A model generated the notes under the pieces. The model saw only the letters and a list, made by a program, of their open reading frames with translations, was not told the DNA's origin and made no database searches. A stretch of DNA of 39,514 nt from Clostridia bacterium. GTDB taxonomy: Bacteria; Bacillota; Clostridia; Oscillospirales; CAG-272. Of the stretch, positions 35,190 to 39,514 are shown one piece after another. Location: NCBI GenBank assembly GCA_017504545.1, contig JAFVRA010000084.1, positions 1 through 39,514 on the forward strand, written 5' to 3'. Each line of letters starts with the position of its first letter. Position 1 is the stretch's first letter. The position numbers and the translations under genes are program-made.

Positions 35190-35885
35190 TCAATGTCTTT
35201 TGAGCCTTTCTATAAGCTCCTCGCTCGCCTCGGGTATGTTCTCAAGCGGAAAATCAATACCGAGCGCGCGATATTTTTCAACACAGAGCTTGCGGAATGG
35301 CAAAAGCTCTGTCTTTTCTATACAAGAATATCTCTCACTCAGCGCATAGAGACGGCGCACCGACTCCTCGCTATCGTTGAGCGTGGGGATGATCACCTGT
35401 CTTATCCACACCCGTTTGCCGAGCGCGTCAAGTCGCGCAAGAAAGTCCTCTGCACTCTGCATCGACATTCCCGTATATTTATTGTAATCTGTGTCATTCG
35501 TATATTTGTAATCGAGAAGCACGAGATCGGTAAGCGAGAGCAGTCGTTCAACGCTCTCGTTATAAATGCAGCCGCTCGTGTCAAGCGCACAGCTTATTCC
35601 GTCTGCTCGGCAGAGGCTGAAAAGCTCAGCGACGAAATCTGCCTGAAGAAGCGGCTCTCCGCCCGAAACCGTAACTCCACCGTCCTTGCCGAAATAAGCG
35701 CGTAGCCTTTGTATCTTGCGAAATATCTCCTCGGCGCTCACAAGCTTGCCGCCGCCAAAGTCCCACGTGTCAGGATTATGACAGCAGGCGCATCGCAGAG
35801 GACAGCCTTGCATAAACACGACGGCGCGTACTCCGGGGCCGTCAACTGTTCCGAGGCTCTGAAAGGAATGTATGCGACCTTGCAT
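35190..35885 (-). CDS. pflA: Pyruvate formate-lyase activating enzyme (radical SAM)
   Basis: Carries GTVDGPGVR and the CPLRCACCHNPDTW CX3CX2C cluster motif. It starts 3 nt after the pflB stop. Confidence 0.93.
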   Translation of the reverse strand: MQGRIHSFQSLGTVDGPGVRAVVFMQGCPLRCACCHNPDTWDFGGGKLVSAEEIFRKIQRLRAYFGKDGGVTVSGGEPLLQADFVAELFSLCRADGISCALDTSGCIYNESVERLLSLTDLVLLDYKYTNDTDYNKYTGMSMQSAEDFLARLDALGKRVWIRQVIIPTLNDSEESVRRLYALSERYSCIEKTELLPFRKLCVEKYRALGIDFPLENIPEASEELIERLKRH

Positions 35886-35887
35886 AA

Positions 35888-38119
35888 TCAGATCCTGTCG
35901 TGGAAGGTACGCATAATTACCTCCTTCTGCTGCTCGCGCGAGAGCTTGCAGAAGTTTACGGCGTAGCCCGAAACTCTTATCGTGAGGTTGGGATACTCCT
36001 CGGGGTTTTCATACGCCTTCATCAGAAGCTCGCGGTTCATAACGTTTACGTTGAGGTGATGCGCATTGTTTGCAAAATATCCGTCTATGATAGAAACGAG
36101 GTTGTCCACTCTCTCGTCTTCACTCTTTCCGAGCGCCTCGGGAACTATCGAGAAGGTGTTGGATATACCGTCTCTCGCGTAGATATAAGGGAGCTTTGAA
36201 ACAGAATTAAGAGAAGCGAGAGCGCCGTTTTCCTCGCGGTTGTGCATAGGATTTGCGCCGGGAGCAAAGGGCTCGCCCGCGCGTCTGCCGTCGGGAGTCG
36301 CGCCCGTCTTCTTGCCGTAGACCACGTTAGAGGTTATAGTAAGCACCGAAAGCGTGTGCTTAGCGCCTCTGTATGCAGGCGTCTTCTTGAGCTCGCCGAT
36401 AACGTCGCGCAGAAGATCCTGTGCGATCTCGTCGACTCTGTCGTCGTCGTTGCCGAACTTGGGGAAATCGCCCGTGGTTATAAAATCAACTATGATTCCA
36501 TTCTCGTCGCGCACGGGGCGTACCTCGGCGTACTTTATTGCCGAGAGCGAGTCGGTGATAACCGAAAGTCCTGCCACACCAAACGCCATAAGTCTATCGA
36601 CGTCGGTATCGTGAAGCGCCATCTGAGTCTTCTCGTAGGCGTATTTATCGTGCATATAGTGGATGCAGTTCATTGTGTTTACGTAGAGTCTGCAGAGCCA
36701 CGAAAGGTATCTGTCAAAGCGAGCCTTGACCTTGGTGTAGTCAAGCACCTCGTCGGACATAGGCTCTTCCTCGGGACCGAGGCGAGTGCCGTACATATTG
36801 TCAATTCCGCCGTTGAGTGCGAGAAGCAGAAGCTTTGCGAGGTTAGTTCTCGCACCGAAGAATTGCATCTGCTTACCGACCTTCATCGCGGAAACACAGC
36901 AGGCGATAGCGTAATCGTCGCCGTAGGAGATACGCATAAGATCGTCGTTTTCGTACTGGATCGAGTCGGTATCAACCGAAAGCTTGGCGCAAAAGCGCTT
37001 AAAGCCCGCGGGAAGCTGATTGCTCCAAAGCACCGTGAGGTTAGGCTCGGGAGCCTCACCGAGCGTGTAGAGCGTGTTGAGAATTCTGAACGAGCTCTTT
37101 GTTACGAGCGTGCGGTGGTTCTCGCCCATACCTCCAACGCTCTCGGTTATCCACATAGGATCTCCGCCGAAAAGCTCGTTGTACTCGGGCGGACGGAGAT
37201 GACGCGCCGCGCGAAGCTTGATAACGAGATCGTCTATGATCTCCTGCGCTCCCACCTCGTCAAGAATTCCTGCCTTCATATCTCTCTCAATGTAAATATC
37301 AAAGAAGGTAGAGCATCTTCCAAACGACATAGCCGCGCCGTTCTGCTCCTTATTTGCGGCAAGATAGCCGAAATAAGTCCACTGCACCGCCTCGCGAGCG
37401 TTAGTTGCAGGGAGACTTATATCTATACCGTAAAGCCCTGCCATCTTCTTGAGCTTCTTAAGAAAATCTATCTGGCTGTAAAGCTCCTCAAGCAGCTTTA
37501 TGGTCTCGGAGTCCATAATTCGCTCTCCGACAGCCTTCTTGTCGGCAACCTTCTGCTCAATAAGACAGTCAACGCCATAAAGCGCAATTCTGCGGTAGTC
37601 GCCTATTATTCTTCCTCTGCCGTAGGCGTCGGGAAGTCCCGTGAGAAGTCCGCAATGCCTTGCCGCCTTCATCTCATCTGTGTAAACGCGGAAAACTCCG
37701 TCGTTGTGTGTGGTACGGTATGTAAAATACTCCTCTATCTTGTCAGAGAGCTTATATCCGTAGGACTCGCAGGCGTTTCTCGCCATACGGATACCGCCAA
37801 AGGGATTAACGCCTCTCTTAAGCGGCTCGTCGGTCTGAAGTCCCACGATTATTTCCTTATCCTTATCAATATAGCCTGCCGCATAGTTGCAAAGCGAGGA
37901 GACCGTGCTCGTGTCAATAGAAAGAACTCCACCGCGCTCACGCTCTATTGCCTGAAGCTCCTTCAGACGTGTGTTGAGCGCAACCGTCCTGTCGGTAGCA
38001 CCTGCGAGAAAGCTCGCGTCTCCCGTATAGGCGGTGTAGTTCTTGTTGATGAAATCGCGGACGTTGATATGCTCCTGCCAATCGCCGCTTACAAATCCGT
38101 TCCATGCCTCAAACTTCAT
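35888..38119 (-). CDS. pflB: Formate C-acetyltransferase (pyruvate formate-lyase)
   Basis: 743 aa with the glycyl-radical motif [11 protein letters not shown] and the catalytic Cys pair IACCVSAM. Confidence 0.95.
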   Translation of the reverse strand: MKFEAWNGFVSGDWQEHINVRDFINKNYTAYTGDASFLAGATDRTVALNTRLKELQAIERERGGVLSIDTSTVSSLCNYAAGYIDKDKEIIVGLQTDEPLKRGVNPFGGIRMARNACESYGYKLSDKIEEYFTYRTTHNDGVFRVYTDEMKAARHCGLLTGLPDAYGRGRIIGDYRRIALYGVDCLIEQKVADKKAVGERIMDSETIKLLEELYSQIDFLKKLKKMAGLYGIDISLPATNAREAVQWTYFGYLAANKEQNGAAMSFGRCSTFFDIYIERDMKAGILDEVGAQEIIDDLVIKLRAARHLRPPEYNELFGGDPMWITESVGGMGENHRTLVTKSSFRILNTLYTLGEAPEPNLTVLWSNQLPAGFKRFCAKLSVDTDSIQYENDDLMRISYGDDYAIACCVSAMKVGKQMQFFGARTNLAKLLLLALNGGIDNMYGTRLGPEEEPMSDEVLDYTKVKARFDRYLSWLCRLYVNTMNCIHYMHDKYAYEKTQMALHDTDVDRLMAFGVAGLSVITDSLSAIKYAEVRPVRDENGIIVDFITTGDFPKFGNDDDRVDEIAQDLLRDVIGELKKTPAYRGAKHTLSVLTITSNVVYGKKTGATPDGRRAGEPFAPGANPMHNREENGALASLNSVSKLPYIYARDGISNTFSIVPEALGKSEDERVDNLVSIIDGYFANNAHHLNVNVMNRELLMKAYENPEEYPNLTIRVSGYAVNFCKLSREQQKEVIMRTFHDRI

Positions 38120-38298
38120 AAAATTACCCTAACCTTTCCTTTGCAAAAATTATCTCCGAAAAGGGCTCTGCTTATAAAAAAACAGAGCACCCCCGATATA
38201 TCGGAGCTGCCCAGACGGTCGGCTATCAAAAGGCAACTGCCTTTTTGTTTTTGGCGCACTGTGTCAATTCACATTTCCGTCAGCGCCTCAACATCTTA

Positions 38299-38327
38299 AT
38301 TATATCACTTTTCCTCTCAAATGTCAA
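38299..38327 (-). promoter_or_regulatory. Consensus sigma-A promoter of pflBA
   Basis: On the minus strand: TTGACA (38322-38327), 17-nt spacer, TGaTATAAT (TATAAT at 38299-38304). This implies a ~170-nt leader. Confidence 0.75.
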
Positions 38328-38425
38328 TGATTTTAGCGCTTTTATTTCAGAAAAGCGAGATTTTTTGTCTTTAGTGCGCCACGCGCCGCATATACTTTAG
38401 CAAATAAGCTATATGGAGGCAAAAT

Positions 38426-38998
38426 ATGCTCTTACCCGTTCCCTACGATCGCCGCCGCGCCGTTGAATACGCTCGCCGCTGGGCGCTCTCAAGAAACCCT
38501 CTGTTCGTCAATTTCGCAGGTCAAGGCGGCGACTGCACTAGCTTCGTGTCGCAATGTATTCTCGCAGGCTGTGGCATTATGAATTACACCGATACCTTCG
38601 GCTGGTACTATATCTCGCCGAGCGACCGCGCGCCTGCCTGGAGCGGAGTTGACGAGCTATATAACTTTTTGACTGCCGCGCCCGATTTTGCAAGAGCAAA
38701 TCAAGGCTACGGTCCCTACGCGACCGATGCAAAGGTCGCAAGACGGATCGATGTTGGCGACGTGATACAGCTTGCTAATGCCGACGGTGAGTTTTATCAC
38801 ACGCTGATAATAAGCGACTTCCGCGACGACGACGTTCTCGTCTGCGCCCACACCAACGATGCGCTTGACAGACCGCTCTCGGAGTACAATTACGCCTCTC
38901 TTCGCGTGCTTCACATAGAGGGCGCAATGCTCTATTTTGACGACACCCGCATCTTCGAGGACCTAATCAACGCCACGGCTCTGCCGAAAAGATGTTGA
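38426..38998 (+). CDS. Putative amidase-domain protein (Amidase_6 / NlpC-P60-like Cys peptidase fold)
   Basis: 190 aa. The stretch YDRRRAVEYARRWALSRNPLFVNFAGQGGDCTSFVSQCILAG matches the pattern of the putative amidase domain (catalytic Cys in DCT.FVSQC). It has a later His (FYHTLI) and no signal peptide. A GGAGG RBS is present. Confidence 0.7.
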   Translation: MLLPVPYDRRRAVEYARRWALSRNPLFVNFAGQGGDCTSFVSQCILAGCGIMNYTDTFGWYYISPSDRAPAWSGVDELYNFLTAAPDFARANQGYGPYATDAKVARRIDVGDVIQLANADGEFYHTLIISDFRDDDVLVCAHTNDALDRPLSEYNYASLRVLHIEGAMLYFDDTRIFEDLINATALPKRC

Positions 38999-39006
38999 TA
39001 TAAACC

Positions 39007-39196
39007 GCCCTCTCAGGCCGCTACGCGTCCAGCTCTCCCAAAGGGCGAGCCTTTTAGTAACATAGGTCTTAGCTGATTTGAGTTTTCGCAGGGATAGCAC
39101 TGTGTAAAAATAAGCACTTTAATAAAGCGGCTAATAGCAATCTAACATAAAGGCTCTCCCTCGGGGAGAGCTGGCGGCGAAGACGCCTGAGAGGGC
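39007..39196. repeat. Structured palindromic intergenic element, same module family as 17102-17225 (45-nt inverted arms, 100-nt spacer)
   Basis: Left arm 39007-39051 reads gccctctcag-gccgctacgcgtc-cagctctccc-aaag-ggcgagcc. The reverse complement of 39152-39196 reads gccctctcag-gcgtcttcgccgc-cagctctccc-cgag-ggagagcc. The element starts 9 nt after the amidase stop. Confidence 0.8.
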
Positions 39197-39310
39197 TTTG
39201 AGAAAATATATTAATTTTTTAATTGACAAAGATAGCAAGCATGAAACAATCGCGCCGCGAAAGCGTGATGTCCTTATCGGAGAAATACGAAACATTTACC
39301 TAACACCACA

Positions 39311-39362
39311 CGGTAGGGGCGAACTGTGTTCGCCCGCGGGGGACCGCAGGTCTCCCCTACGG
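39311..39362. repeat. GC-rich nested palindrome
   Basis: The outer pair gtagggg/cccctac encloses the hairpin gggcgaac-tgt-gttcgccc and a second G/C-rich imperfect hairpin. Confidence 0.6.
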
Positions 39363-39514
39363 ATAAGATGTTATGCAATAAGCAAAGATTAACCCCGACA
39401 GATTTTAAAGTCTGTCGGGGTATCGTCACCTATGTAAGCTTTAACTCCATATATCCGCAAGTAAACGGAAAGAAGTCGAATTTTTGGGTTTTGATATGCT
39501 TAAATCCAAAAGAT

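Noticed and set aside
39198-39392. 64-aa ORF in the terminal non-coding region.
   Set aside because: It has no RBS, and its Arg/Pro/Gly-rich part is the translation of the GC-rich palindrome. It is most likely spurious.
1-39514. Searched for mobile-element or prophage hallmarks: integrase, transposase, terminase, capsid genes, and direct repeats flanking the tRNA genes.
   Set aside because: None found. The AT-rich islands (about 4.1-7.1 kb and 15.2-17.1 kb) carry no recombinase, and no tRNA 3'-end duplication is visible. I therefore make no integrative-element call.

Overview
This is a chromosomal window from a Firmicutes/Clostridia-type anaerobe, inferred from the split transketolase, pflAB, the rpsF-ssb-rpsR operon, GGAGG ribosome-binding sites and sigma-A type promoters. 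I support 29 protein-coding genes, 2 tRNAs, several near-perfect TTGACA-17-TATAAT promoters and a set of strong, often bidirectional, hairpin terminators. Most of the content is core metabolism: gdhA, serC-serA, an aminotransferase-trpS-transketolase-isomerase operon, nagA with a ROK-like kinase, GDPD, PAP2, a ThrE-like exporter, carD, an SbcEF/YhaON-like pair and pflBA. I saw no transposase, integrase, CRISPR array or recognisable phage genes.

Six items are not ordinary:
- A 1399-aa envelope protein at 18754-22953 (-). It has a signal peptide, about 1150 aa of DUF1542-like helical repeats, a transmembrane (TM) block and a (Glu-Pro)n linker. Its last ~80 residues are clearly homologous to the C-terminal globular domain of ribosomal protein uL15. 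It lies directly upstream of rpsF-ssb-rpsR.
- A visibly AT-rich ~2 kb cassette at 15223-17264. It carries an ECF-like sigma factor with a ~350-aa C-terminal extension. The cassette sits between two arms of what looks like a split bidirectional terminator (inverted repeats at 15178-15222 and 17265-17307).
- An AT-rich orphan two-gene operon at 4322-7086, encoding a polytopic membrane/coiled-coil protein and a lipoprotein.
- A ThyX-fold protein lacking the RHR motif (7141-7770).
- A 155-bp tandem duplication of terminator-containing units behind the tRNA pair.
- A family of structured modular palindromic intergenic repeats at 17102-17225 and 39007-39196.

All functional interpretations of these items are inference from reading the sequence. 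No database search was possible.
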